A stretch of 64,000 bases of DNA from an uncultured Candidatus Saccharibacteria bacterium. Lineage in GTDB: Bacteria; Patescibacteriota; Saccharimonadia; CAILAD01; BJGX01. The notes beneath the pieces are model-generated. The model ran no database searches. It saw only the letters and a list, made by a program, of their open reading frames with translations, and was not told where the DNA came from. The stretch lies in the NCBI GenBank assembly GCA_964552475.1, contig CAZKFZ010000002.1, positions 5,316 to 69,315 on the forward strand, in the 5' to 3' direction. This document shows, one piece after another, positions 10,411 through 21,793 of this stretch; the stretch's first letter is position 1; the number at the start of each line of letters is the position of its first letter. A program made the translations under genes and the position numbers.

Positions 10411-10437
10411 ACCCAAGCAATGCTTGGGTTTTTATTT
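10411..10437 (+). terminator. rho-independent terminator of the 10079..10399 gene
   Basis: Hairpin acccaagca-a-tgcttgggt followed by a T-run. Confidence 0.75.
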
Positions 10438-10451
10438 ATGGGTCGCCATGC

Positions 10452-10479
10452 AAAAAGGCGCTCCCCCGTGCGCCTTTTT
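10452..10479 (-). terminator. rho-independent terminator downstream of ligA (bidirectional-looking)
   Basis: GC hairpin ggcgc-tcccccgt-gcgcc flanked by an A-run 5' and a T-run 3'. Lies 50 nt past the ligA stop. Confidence 0.6.
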
Positions 10480-10530
10480 ACGGTTATCTATTATAACGCA
10501 ATTGTACGTGTACTCTGCAAGCGTGAAGTA

Positions 10531-13250
<2,720 letters not shown>

Positions 13251-13282
13251 AATAACTACTCCTTTTGCCTATTATATTACAT

Positions 13283-14188
13283 TTAAGCATGAGTGCCCAT
13301 CTGGCGTAAGCGTTTAATGCGCTCAGCGGTTGGCGGATGAGTGCTAAATAGACCCGAAAACCAGCTCTTTTTACTACCTTCTACATTTGCTCGCAGAGGA
13401 TTTACTATGTACAAATTAGATGTTGCTCTATTGGCTGCTTCAAGTGGCTCGGTACTACTCTCTATCTTTTCTAGGGCACTAGCCAAGCCTTCTGGATAGC
13501 GAGTAAGAAGAGCGGCAGAGCTATCTGCTAAATATTCGCGTTTGCGTGAAAAAGCTAGTTGCATAAGCATACCAATAATAGGCACTAGTATTGCCAATAC
13601 CAAGCTTACCAACATCATTATGCCCTGCATACTACCACCACCACTATCTCTATCGTCAGAAAATATTGTTATACGTATAAACCAATCAGACAATAAAACC
13701 AAAACCCCTACTAGAACTACCACTAGAGTCATAAATCGTACATCGTAGTTGCCGACATGACTGAGCTCATGCGCAATTACACCTTCAAGCTCTGCCTTGT
13801 TCATAATATCTATCAAGCCAGAGGTAACGCATATTACAGCGTGCTTGGGGTCACGACCAGTAGCAAAAGCATTGGGGGCGGAGTCTTGAATAATATATAT
13901 TTTAGGTACAGGCAGACCTGACGAAATACAAAGATTTTCTACAGTTCTATATAGCTTGGGGTTGTCTTTTTTTTCAATTTGTTTGGCTTTTGAAATGGCT
14001 AGTACTGTTTTACTAGCAGTAAAGTAGCTTATTAGTGCATATATTGTTGAGAATGCTACACCTAAATATAAAATTGCGGGTTCGTTGTAGGCAAGCGAAA
14101 TTACCCAGCAAAATCCTATTATCACCAATAAAAAACAAAAAATTAAAAAAATACTATTACGTTTGTTTTTGGCTATCTCGCTATACAT
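13283..14188 (-). CDS. htpX: M48-family zinc metalloprotease HtpX
   Basis: HELSHV zinc-binding motif (VIAHELSHVGNYD). TM helices flank the catalytic domain. Confidence 0.9.
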   Translation of the reverse strand: MYSEIAKNKRNSIFLIFCFLLVIIGFCWVISLAYNEPAILYLGVAFSTIYALISYFTASKTVLAISKAKQIEKKDNPKLYRTVENLCISSGLPVPKIYIIQDSAPNAFATGRDPKHAVICVTSGLIDIMNKAELEGVIAHELSHVGNYDVRFMTLVVVLVGVLVLLSDWFIRITIFSDDRDSGGGSMQGIMMLVSLVLAILVPIIGMLMQLAFSRKREYLADSSAALLTRYPEGLASALEKIESSTEPLEAANRATSNLYIVNPLRANVEGSKKSWFSGLFSTHPPTAERIKRLRQMGTHA

Positions 14189-14223
14189 AGTTATATTATA
14201 CCTTATTTGTAGTTCTAGTTATA

Positions 14224-14808
14224 TTGACAAAAACAGTTTTTAAGGGTAGTATCACATTGATTACATATCTACCAAAAGGAGTTGTAATGGCACTTTGGCG
14301 CAAACGCAAGATCAGAGTTGGTGACGTTTACCTAGATTGCGACAATCATCCTGTCTATTGTACTGAATCAGATGGCTACGATGTAGCTGGTAAATCGCTA
14401 ATTGACGGATCAAGCCCAAGAAGCTGCTCAATAAAAGATTGTGCAGTAATTAGGCTAAGCCCACGAAAAGTTGCGGAAATTTGCTGGGTTTGGGACCTTG
14501 TTTTGCCTACAAAGCTAAGAAATACTTATTATCATAGCGACAAAAGGCTAAACATAATCAATTTTGCGCACGAATGCGAAACATCTGTTGGTAGTGGTGT
14601 GGTAGATAAACGTGGTGCCTTTGAGTCGATCGATCAGATTGACGACAATATTGCCATGTGGGCAGAAGCTCAGGGTTATAGTTTTACAGATGAAGAGATT
14701 TGGACCATTTCTGGTCTAGTACTACTAAATCTCTATTTGAGAGATTGGATTAGTAAAGAAACCATCAGGCTGAATTACTATAGAAGTACAAGCAAACTCA
14801 CTGCTTAA
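14224..14808 (+). CDS. hypothetical protein (194 aa), isolated plus-strand gene
   Basis: ORF with its own terminator. Several Cys residues. No recognised domain. Confidence 0.55.
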   Translation: MTKTVFKGSITLITYLPKGVVMALWRKRKIRVGDVYLDCDNHPVYCTESDGYDVAGKSLIDGSSPRSCSIKDCAVIRLSPRKVAEICWVWDLVLPTKLRNTYYHSDKRLNIINFAHECETSVGSGVVDKRGAFESIDQIDDNIAMWAEAQGYSFTDEEIWTISGLVLLNLYLRDWISKETIRLNYYRSTSKLTA

Positions 14809-14828
14809 GCAGTGAGTTTTTATTTATT
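14796..14828 (+). terminator. rho-independent terminator
   Basis: Hairpin aaactcactgc-ttaa-gcagtgagttt followed by a T-run, overlapping the stop of 14224..14808. Confidence 0.75.
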
Positions 14829-14844
14829 TGTAGTGGCTATAAAA

Positions 14845-15411
14845 TTAAAATTTTACTTCTGGGGCTTTTTTGATAGCGGCTTTTTCACCTTCGGCTACAT
14901 CATAAAAGTCGCGCGATTTAAAACCAAGCATTCCACCAATTACACTAGTAGGAAAAACCTGCAGCTTCATATTGAAGTCACGAATATTGCCATTATAAAA
15001 TCGGCGAGCAGCTTGAATCTTGTCTTCAGTATCAGTAAGTTCACTCTGCAAACTCAAGAAGTTTTCATTTGCCTTTAGGTCTGGGTAGTTTTCGCTCACT
15101 GCAAACAAACTTTTTAGTGCACCCGAGAGCATGTTCTCAGACTCTGCCCTTTTGCTTAGATCGCCTTCAGGTGCCTTCATTACTGCTGTACGTGCCTTGG
15201 TTACTTCTTCGAATGTACTTTTTTCGTGCTTGGCATAACCTTTGACCGTTTCTATAAGATTGGGAATAAGATCGAGTCGTCGCTTTTCTTGAACTGTAAT
15301 ATCACTTAACGCCTCGTCGGCACGTAAACGAGCCTTAATTAACCCGTTATATGTAAACCACAACCATATCAGTACTACGGCTACTAGAGCCAGAACAATC
15401 CATAAAATCAT
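14845..15411 (-). CDS. lemA: LemA family protein
   Basis: N-terminal TM helix then the conserved LemA region (YNGLIKARLRADEALSDI ... RRLDLIPNLIETVKGYAKHE). Confidence 0.85.
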   Translation of the reverse strand: MILWIVLALVAVVLIWLWFTYNGLIKARLRADEALSDITVQEKRRLDLIPNLIETVKGYAKHEKSTFEEVTKARTAVMKAPEGDLSKRAESENMLSGALKSLFAVSENYPDLKANENFLSLQSELTDTEDKIQAARRFYNGNIRDFNMKLQVFPTSVIGGMLGFKSRDFYDVAEGEKAAIKKAPEVKF

Positions 15412-15457
15412 CTTTTAATTCTCCGTTTATATTGTCTTAAATTATAGCACAATCAAC

Positions 15458-16147
15458 CTATGTTGTGGCCTCATCTGTAATAGTTGATGAATTACTACTA
15501 TTAAGTAGTTTGCGATAGACCCAAATCTGACTCATTGCCGTAAGTGGAATAGTAAAGAGTAGACCTACTACTAAAGCTAAGAAGCCAGCAATATTTATAA
15601 GTCCAAGAACTAATGCAAAACCAAGCAACCAGCCTTTATGGCCTCTGGTCATTTGACCGCTTTTACTTAGTGATTCTGATAGGGTCATTTTTTTATCAAT
15701 AACAAGTGGTAGGGCAAACTGATACTTAAGAGCCCAAATGATTCCTGGCACTATAAGCAATATCAACCCACCTATAATAATTAGCCCGTAAACAATTGAA
15801 GTACCTAAATATCTCCAGAAAACATTCTCGGAGTTAAAAAGCAAACCAATACTGGTAGGTTTTTTATCTAGAATATTTAGCTGTATTTGTGTAAAACCAA
15901 TAGAGGTAAGATTTTGTATGCCTATTCTTAGAATTGTAGCAACTAGCGATGCTAATGCCAGAGAAAGCATTACGGTAGTAGTAGGATTATTATTTTTAGA
16001 AGCAGTAGTAATATTGTCGACAATAGAAAAGGCAATGCTAATGCCTAGGAGTATTGCAAAAGACCCTAAAAGTATTGGGTAGTTTGATTTGGTAAGTTGC
16101 CAACCTTCTGAGATTGCCTGTGATATAGTTGGTTTTGAATTTTCCAT
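15458..16147 (-). CDS. polytopic membrane protein (DUF975-like topology), start trimmed
   Basis: The track ORF (to 16246) runs through a tRNA-Leu gene. The start was moved to the internal Met (MENSKPTIS). Confidence 0.55.
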   Translation of the reverse strand: MENSKPTISQAISEGWQLTKSNYPILLGSFAILLGISIAFSIVDNITTASKNNNPTTTVMLSLALASLVATILRIGIQNLTSIGFTQIQLNILDKKPTSIGLLFNSENVFWRYLGTSIVYGLIIIGGLILLIVPGIIWALKYQFALPLVIDKKMTLSESLSKSGQMTRGHKGWLLGFALVLGLINIAGFLALVVGLLFTIPLTAMSQIWVYRKLLNSSNSSTITDEATT

Positions 16148-16166
16148 TAAATAATTGTACCACATT

Positions 16167-16252
16167 TGGTGCGCGGGGCGGGACTCGAACCCGCAAGCCC
16201 TAGGGGCAACAGATTTTAAGTCTGTCGTGTATACCAATTCCACCACCCGCGC
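16167..16252 (-). tRNA. tRNA-Leu (anticodon TAA)
   Basis: Cloverleaf read by eye. Acceptor gcgcggg/cccgcgc. Anticodon loop ctTAAaa. Long variable arm (type II). T-arm gcggg-ttcgagt-cccgc. 3' CCA is encoded. Confidence 0.9.
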
Positions 16253-16318
16253 TTAAGTAAATTGTCAGTATATTTTTATTAGTTTATAATAAACCAATAA
16301 ACAAGGAAAGCAAAAACC

Positions 16319-16567
16319 ATGACCGAACCAACACATGACGGCGACCACATTACACAAGGTTCAGATACACTTAATAAAAGTGCAGAACATGAAGATCTTG
16401 TGAGCCAACTTCGTGAAATGCGCGCCAAAAATGACCCCAATAAATCTTTGCGAGCCCAAGCCCTCAAAGAACTTGCCGATAGTGGTGTTCACACTATTTC
16501 TGACCCAAGAGTTATAGAGGCAAAAGAACTAGAGATAGCCCAGCGCAATCAAGCACCCAATAACTAG
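16319..16567 (+). CDS. hypothetical small protein (82 aa)
   Basis: ORF between two tRNA genes. Hydrophilic. No motif. Confidence 0.35.
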   Translation: MTEPTHDGDHITQGSDTLNKSAEHEDLVSQLREMRAKNDPNKSLRAQALKELADSGVHTISDPRVIEAKELEIAQRNQAPNN

Positions 16568-16583
16568 CTTTATAAAAAGTACT

Positions 16584-16656
16584 GGAGGCGCGTACCGGAT
16601 TTGAACCGGTGTACAGGGTTTTGCAGACCCTTGCCTAACCACTCGGCCAACGCGCC
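16584..16656 (-). tRNA. tRNA-Cys (anticodon GCA)
   Basis: Acceptor ggcgcgt/acgcgcc. Anticodon loop ctGCAaa. T-arm ccggttcaaatccgg. CCA is encoded. Confidence 0.9.
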
Positions 16657-16892
16657 TTAAAATTTCTTAAATAACTCACACATTATACCTGTTTTTTAGA
16701 GTAGCTGAAAGGGCTAGAAATCTAGTGTAGATTCTGCTATGATTATTCTCGTTATTCATATTTCTACATATTCTATTCTGCTCTCAACCAAACCAAGCTA
16801 CTTGTAGGTTGGTTTGAAAAGGAGAATTAATACGAAAATGTTAGAATTGATTGTAATTAATCAATTTGAAAATAGGAGTATTAATTGGACGC

Positions 16893-16968
16893 GGCGAGAT
16901 AGCTCAGTTGGTAGAGCAGTGGCTTGAAGAGCCTCGTGTCCTCGGTTCGATTCCGAGTCTCGCCACCA
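16893..16968 (+). tRNA. tRNA-Phe (anticodon GAA)
   Basis: Acceptor ggcgaga/tctcgcc. D-arm gctcagttggtagagc. Anticodon loop ttGAAga. T-arm ctcggttcgattccgag. CCA is encoded. Confidence 0.9.
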
Positions 16969-16969
16969 T

Positions 16970-17046
16970 GCGGGTATAGCTCAGTTGTTTAGAGCGCATC
17001 CTTGCCAAGGATGAGGCCGGGAGTTAGAGTCTCCCTACCCGCACCA
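16970..17046 (+). tRNA. tRNA-Gly (anticodon GCC)
   Basis: Acceptor gcgggta/tacccgc. Anticodon stem catcc/ggatg with loop ttGCCaa. The T-loop sequence ttagagt is slightly unusual. CCA is encoded. 1-nt spacer after tRNA-Phe. Confidence 0.85.
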
Positions 17047-17053
17047 AATACAT

Positions 17054-17130
17054 GGGTGATTAGCTCAGTTGGCTAGAGCGTCTCGTTTACACCGAGGATG
17101 TCGGGGGTTCGAGTCCCTCATCACCCACCA
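17054..17130 (+). tRNA. tRNA-Val (anticodon TAC)
   Basis: Acceptor gggtgat/atcaccc. Anticodon loop ttTACac. T-arm gggggttcgagtccctc. CCA is encoded. Confidence 0.9.
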
Positions 17131-17132
17131 AA

Positions 17133-17161
17133 AAAAGACCTTTTTTAAAGGTCTTTTTTTG
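17133..17161 (+). terminator. rho-independent terminator after the tRNA cluster
   Basis: Hairpin aaagacc-tttttta-aaggtcttt followed by a T-run. Confidence 0.75.
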
Positions 17162-17175
17162 TTACAATTAACCAT

Positions 17176-18021
17176 ATGACAAAAATAGTAGATGGTAAAT
17201 TGCTGGCACAAGAAATTGCAAATCAGCTTATAAGCCAAGTTGACAAGTTAAGGCAATATAAAATCAACCCCAAACTAGCTATTGTTGGTATAGAACCAGA
17301 CACTAGATCTTTGGTGTATATAAATATGAAGATCAAACGCGCCAAAGAAATTGGCATACAAGCCGAATTCATAGACCTGTCTGGCAATAGTAGATCTGAG
17401 TGTATTACAAAAGTGACTGAACTTAGCAAAAACCCCAAAATACACGGAATTGTAATTCAGTTACCTTTGTCTGGATGGTATGATCCGCAAGACCTTATTG
17501 ATTACATAAACCCCGCTAAAGATGTTGATGGGCTTACTAGCACTAGCCAAGACGCCCTAGAAGATGGTCACACTGGCCTTAGGCCAGCTACTCCACTTGC
17601 AGTAATGAGTATATTAAATACATACGATGTTGAGTTAAAAGATAAAACGGTAACGGTTGTGGGGAGAAGTCACTTGGTGGGTACACCACTTAGATACATG
17701 TTAGAAAATGCAGGCGCCAAAGTACTGGTAGCACACAGACAGACTCAAGACTTAAAAAGCCATACCTTAAAATCAGATATTGTAGTAAGTGCTGCCGGGT
17801 CACCAGGGTTAATCACCGGTGACATGGTAAAAAATGATGTTGTGGTTATAGATGTAGGGATAAATGATGTAGACGGCAAGCTGCGTGGAGATATAGATTT
17901 CGATTCTGTCGCCCCAAAAGCTAGTATTATTACCCCTGTACCAGGTGGTGTGGGGCCAATGACCGTAGTTATGCTACTTCAAAATATTGTTCAAGCAATT
18001 AAAATGAAAAACCAGTTATAA
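17176..18021 (+). CDS. folD: bifunctional 5,10-methylene-THF dehydrogenase / methenyl-THF cyclohydrolase
   Basis: 281 aa. N-terminal catalytic domain (KLAIVGIEPDTRSLVYINMKIKRAKEIGI) and Rossmann NAD(P) domain (VTVVGRSHLVGTPL) in the FolD arrangement. Confidence 0.95.
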   Translation: MTKIVDGKLLAQEIANQLISQVDKLRQYKINPKLAIVGIEPDTRSLVYINMKIKRAKEIGIQAEFIDLSGNSRSECITKVTELSKNPKIHGIVIQLPLSGWYDPQDLIDYINPAKDVDGLTSTSQDALEDGHTGLRPATPLAVMSILNTYDVELKDKTVTVVGRSHLVGTPLRYMLENAGAKVLVAHRQTQDLKSHTLKSDIVVSAAGSPGLITGDMVKNDVVVIDVGINDVDGKLRGDIDFDSVAPKASIITPVPGGVGPMTVVMLLQNIVQAIKMKNQL

Positions 18022-18051
18022 ATAATCAGGATCTTAATGATTATTTACAGC

Positions 18052-18138
18052 TGGTGCGGACGAGAGGACTCGAACCTCCACAGCCTTTCGGCCACAAGCC
18101 CCTCAAGCTTGCGTGTCTACCAGTTCCACCACGTCCGC
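18052..18138 (-). tRNA. tRNA-Leu (anticodon GAG)
   Basis: Type II tRNA. Acceptor gcggacg/cgtccgc. Anticodon stem caagc/gcttg with loop ttGAGgg. Long variable arm. CCA is encoded. Confidence 0.9.
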
Positions 18139-18178
18139 ATATAGGCCAAAACAATATGGTTTAGTATAGCTTATTTTA

Positions 18179-18496
18179 TCACTTTTGCAACCAAGCCAAG
18201 TATATAAATAAAACCCCCATAGCAATGCTGGCAGGTATAAATATATAAACACTCAAGTAATAGTAGATTCTTTTCGGCTCATTCCAGACTGTACGCTTTT
18301 TCTTAGGTAATTTCTTGTAATATTTGAGGTAATCATTCCATATAACTGGTGCCGTAATAAGCCACCAACCACTACAAATAATTAGTATACAACCTAGCCC
18401 TATAAGCCCAAAGCTATTATTTTGTAATGCCAGAAAACCAAACCATACAAATAGCACTGCTAACAAGTATTTATAAAGAGTTTTAATTTGCCTCAT
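18179..18496 (-). CDS. small membrane protein (105 aa, 3 TM)
   Basis: Hydrophobic ORF downstream of the FAD oxidase gene. Confidence 0.5.
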   Translation of the reverse strand: MRQIKTLYKYLLAVLFVWFGFLALQNNSFGLIGLGCILIICSGWWLITAPVIWNDYLKYYKKLPKKKRTVWNEPKRIYYYLSVYIFIPASIAMGVLFIYLAWLQK

Positions 18497-18507
18497 AAGC
18501 TATCTAT

Positions 18508-20142
18508 TTAGTGATTATAGGTTGAAGGCAGGTGTTCGTAGAGTTGTCGCATTGAGTACTCTTTACGCATTTTTATCATAGCGTCTTGTTTGGTAATATT
18601 TATCTTTACATCGGGGTTTAAGAAGTTAAGCGGGTCAAAAATATCTTTAACTTCTTCAAAAAGACTATAAACTTTTGCACCAAATAAATCTTTTAAATAA
18701 GGCCCGCGCATAATACCGTCGTTGTGTTCAGCACTCGTACTACCACCTAGTTTTATTACCATCTTATAATAATCATCGGTTAGATTAAAAATTTTCGCTC
18801 TATCACGCATATTGGCGAGGTCTAAAAATGGCTGCATGTGCATATTGGCATTGCCGGCGTGCCCCCATGTAGCAATTTTTATATTATATTTCTTAAATAA
18901 TTCATATGCACCTTGTAAATACTGTGACATTTTTTCTATAGGTACAATACCGTCTTCTATAATAGGTAGCGCCTTTTTAGAACCCGGGTGTGTCCATATT
19001 ACAGCAGCTGCACCTCTTCTAATACGCCAGAGCCTATCTTGCTCGGCAGGTTTTTCCGACTTTCTGGTCATTAATGAGTGTTTGTTGAGAATTTTCCAGC
19101 AAAGCTTACTTTTTTTATTACGATCACGAGTTTTAATATCGTCGAATTCAATAAGTACTATGAGCTTGGGTAGGTTGTTTATGTCTAGGCCGTGTAGCAT
19201 TTCGGGTTTGTGATCACGCATAAACTCTAGAGTATGAATGTCTACCATTTCGGCTGCACTTGGCTTAAGAGGTAGAATCATTCTTACAGCTTCTTCGGCT
19301 TTCTCAAGATCATCAAAATAACCAACCAACAGCGATGTCTGTGGATTAAACGGTGCAGTATAAAAAGTAATTTCTGTAACCACGCCAAGAGTACCTTGTG
19401 AGCCAATAAATAACTGGCTTAAATCAAAAGAACCATCTTTACCTTTAATATCCCACAAATCATAGCCCGTAGAGTTCTTACTTACTCTAGGTTTTGTTTT
19501 TTGTAATAAGGCGTGGTTTTCAATTAGTAGCCTATCTACCTCTCTATAAATATGTCCTTCAAAATCGGGTTGCTCTTTCTTCTTACGAAGCTGTTTTTTA
19601 TTGAGCCTCTCGGTATTAATGACATCGCCATTACTTAATACTACCTTAAGACCTTTTACCCAATGACGAGTAGCGCCATATTTAATAGTTTTTTCACCTG
19701 CTGCATTATTGGCAACCGCCCCACCGAGCGTGCAAAAGTCTATACTTGCAGGATAGGGTGGCAAAAACCTCCAATGACTCTGTAATATTCCCTGTAAATG
19801 TGAGTAGATCATACCGGGCTGTACCGTAACGGTCGTTTTTGTCATATCTACTAGCCCTTTCATATGTACCGGAAACACCAACATGGCACCATTGCCAAGA
19901 GCTCCTCCACCCTGATCAGTGCCTTTACCACGCGCCGTTAGAGATATCTTATTTTTTTCTTGTGCACTCCAATTTAATACTTTAATGGTATTTATTACGT
20001 CTTCATCGTTTTTGGGGTAAATAACCGCTTTTGGAATAACCTTAAAAATACTACCGTCGGTAGAGAAAAACGATCTTGATCTTTCAGAAGTCGAAACTTC
20101 TCCGTGTAATATTTTTGAGAGCTCGCGTATGGGGGACGACAT
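18508..20142 (-). CDS. FAD-linked oxidase (GlcD / D-lactate dehydrogenase-like, FAD_binding_4 + C-terminal domain)
   Basis: FAD-binding PCMH-type domain (VIYPKNDEDVINTIK ... RGKGTDQGGGALG). 544 aa. Confidence 0.85.
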   Translation of the reverse strand: MSSPIRELSKILHGEVSTSERSRSFFSTDGSIFKVIPKAVIYPKNDEDVINTIKVLNWSAQEKNKISLTARGKGTDQGGGALGNGAMLVFPVHMKGLVDMTKTTVTVQPGMIYSHLQGILQSHWRFLPPYPASIDFCTLGGAVANNAAGEKTIKYGATRHWVKGLKVVLSNGDVINTERLNKKQLRKKKEQPDFEGHIYREVDRLLIENHALLQKTKPRVSKNSTGYDLWDIKGKDGSFDLSQLFIGSQGTLGVVTEITFYTAPFNPQTSLLVGYFDDLEKAEEAVRMILPLKPSAAEMVDIHTLEFMRDHKPEMLHGLDINNLPKLIVLIEFDDIKTRDRNKKSKLCWKILNKHSLMTRKSEKPAEQDRLWRIRRGAAAVIWTHPGSKKALPIIEDGIVPIEKMSQYLQGAYELFKKYNIKIATWGHAGNANMHMQPFLDLANMRDRAKIFNLTDDYYKMVIKLGGSTSAEHNDGIMRGPYLKDLFGAKVYSLFEEVKDIFDPLNFLNPDVKINITKQDAMIKMRKEYSMRQLYEHLPSTYNH

Positions 20143-20226
20143 GCTTTTAGCATAACAATTTTAATACTAAATGTAAATTGGAGTATTTGATTCTAATAAG
20201 CATAAATAGTATAGTATGAGATAAGT

Positions 20227-21096
20227 ATGGCAAAAAACAAAAAAGAACACTTTTCTAAAAAATCGCTTACTAGCACCTCGCACAATAGGTTGTTGGCATT
20301 TGGGCTGATAGGTTTATTTTTGATAGTAGGAATATTTGTGATATATAAATCTTTTGCGGGTAGTGCGCCAGTCTTTAGAGATAATCCAGATTATTGGCGA
20401 CCGCGTATTGCACAGTGTGAGTCGGGTACATTTTATCAAAATAAGAAAAATCCAAATTATCGCGGTGCTTACCAGTACAGTCCAGCTACCTGGGGAAACT
20501 ATAAAGGTTACGCTGACCCAGCTGATGCTCCACCAGAGGTTCAAGACGAAAGATTTTACCTGTCTTTTGCCAAAAGTGGCACAGCACCGTGGAGCTCAAG
20601 TTATTCGTGTTGGATAAAAGGCGCTACAATACCAGGTAGCGTAGAAGATCAGTTAAACGCTGGTAGTACTGTGCCGGCAACAACAGCCGCGCCATCGCCT
20701 CCAGCCAAACCCTTTGGAGTAGACTCAGAAAGTTATAATGTCATTATAAATGGTCGGGTTACTTTAAATGATGCTGCGCTTGCCAATGTAGTGATAGCCA
20801 CTTGTAGTGCCGATAGAACAGTTACAACCGATGGTGAAGGAAGGTTTTCATTTGCGGTACCGGTAGGGAATACATTTTGTTTAAGACCACAAAGTGGTGT
20901 ACCAGCAGGCGCTATATTAGAGCGCACCGGTAACAATGTAGAGCACGCCAAAGATACAACCTTTGAAAATCAAATAGCCGGAATAGATTGCTATAAGCAA
21001 TTCTGGTGTCTATTAGGTTCGAGTTATACCTGGGATAGAAATAGAGATGGTGGATACAACTTCTTCTATACCACAACTCCCGCTCCTAAACCCTAA
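20227..21096 (+). CDS. secreted transglycosylase-like (Rpf-type) domain protein with C-terminal beta-rich domain
   Basis: N-terminal TM/signal anchor. Rpf-type transglycosylase motif IAQCESGTFYQN ... YRGAYQYSPATWG. C-terminal Gly/Thr-rich beta domain. Confidence 0.75.
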   Translation: MAKNKKEHFSKKSLTSTSHNRLLAFGLIGLFLIVGIFVIYKSFAGSAPVFRDNPDYWRPRIAQCESGTFYQNKKNPNYRGAYQYSPATWGNYKGYADPADAPPEVQDERFYLSFAKSGTAPWSSSYSCWIKGATIPGSVEDQLNAGSTVPATTAAPSPPAKPFGVDSESYNVIINGRVTLNDAALANVVIATCSADRTVTTDGEGRFSFAVPVGNTFCLRPQSGVPAGAILERTGNNVEHAKDTTFENQIAGIDCYKQFWCLLGSSYTWDRNRDGGYNFFYTTTPAPKP

Positions 21097-21104
21097 AAAA
21101 TTAA

Positions 21105-21130
21105 AAACCCCAAGCAAATTGCTTGAGGTC
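21105..21130 (-). terminator. hairpin terminator between convergent genes (best fits the minus-strand gene 21135..21536)
   Basis: Imperfect hairpin ccccaagc-aaatt-gcttgagg. On the minus strand it is followed by tttttaatttttt. Confidence 0.55.
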
Positions 21131-21134
21131 AGAT

Positions 21135-21536
21135 TTAGGAGATATTTTCTAGTAGTCTATTTTGCTTTCGTAAAGATCGCCGGTTTTTTCGTTTTAGCCT
21201 ACCTAGCTCACATTCGCTAGTGCCGACATCACTAAGGCTTAGGTTAGCTGCCCGTACGTAACGCCACAATTCTGATAGATGCCACCAGTAGTAGTTATTA
21301 CTACCACGTCGTAAAACTTCTAGTTCAAACCTAGCACGGTCTATATACCAATTGAGTCTGATTTGCTCTAGCTCTTGTTCGCTAGTACCAATCGTCCTCA
21401 AGAGCAAATTGTTATCTTGCATGTGTTTTACCAACTCAGCAATCTTTTTATCAGGTGGATAAATATCGCCCTTGCGTATACCTTCTAGCATGCGTAGGCC
21501 TATTCGACTAGTCTGTGTAGTGCTTGGTTGAGACAT
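21135..21536 (-). CDS. hypothetical protein (133 aa)
   Basis: Trp/Tyr- and Arg-rich ORF. No motif recognised. Confidence 0.5.
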   Translation of the reverse strand: MSQPSTTQTSRIGLRMLEGIRKGDIYPPDKKIAELVKHMQDNNLLLRTIGTSEQELEQIRLNWYIDRARFELEVLRRGSNNYYWWHLSELWRYVRAANLSLSDVGTSECELGRLKRKNRRSLRKQNRLLENIS

Positions 21537-21649
21537 TCCAAATCTCCTAGGTAGTAAGGTGCAGAATTTTTTGATAATAAAAACCTACTACACTTTAGTA
21601 TCAATAATAGTTGCTGTCAATAATAAAAATGGCCACATTGGGCCAAGGT

Positions 21650-21736
21650 TGGTGCGGATGAGAGGACTCGAACCTCCACAAGATTGCTCTCACTAGCTCC
21701 TGAAGCTAGCGTGTCTACCAATTCCACCACATCCGC
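21650..21736 (-). tRNA. tRNA-Leu (anticodon CAG)
   Basis: Type II tRNA. Acceptor gcggatg/catccgc. Anticodon stem ctagc/gctag with loop ttCAGga. CCA is encoded. It is a close paralogue of the tRNA-Leu(GAG) gene 3.5 kb away. Confidence 0.9.
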
Positions 21737-21793
21737 TTAAAAAACAGTAATAATCTACCGTTACATTGTACATTACCTATTCAATAGCCGGTA

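Noticed and set aside
18052-21736. Two very similar tRNA-Leu genes (GAG and CAG anticodons) in the same orientation 3.5 kb apart, possibly marking an integrated element at a tRNA attachment site
   Set aside because: Both are complete, distinct isoacceptors, not a full tRNA plus a 3' fragment. No integrase, recombinase or phage-like genes lie between them (the genes there are an FAD oxidase, an Rpf-like protein and small hypotheticals). This is most simply paralogous tRNA genes.
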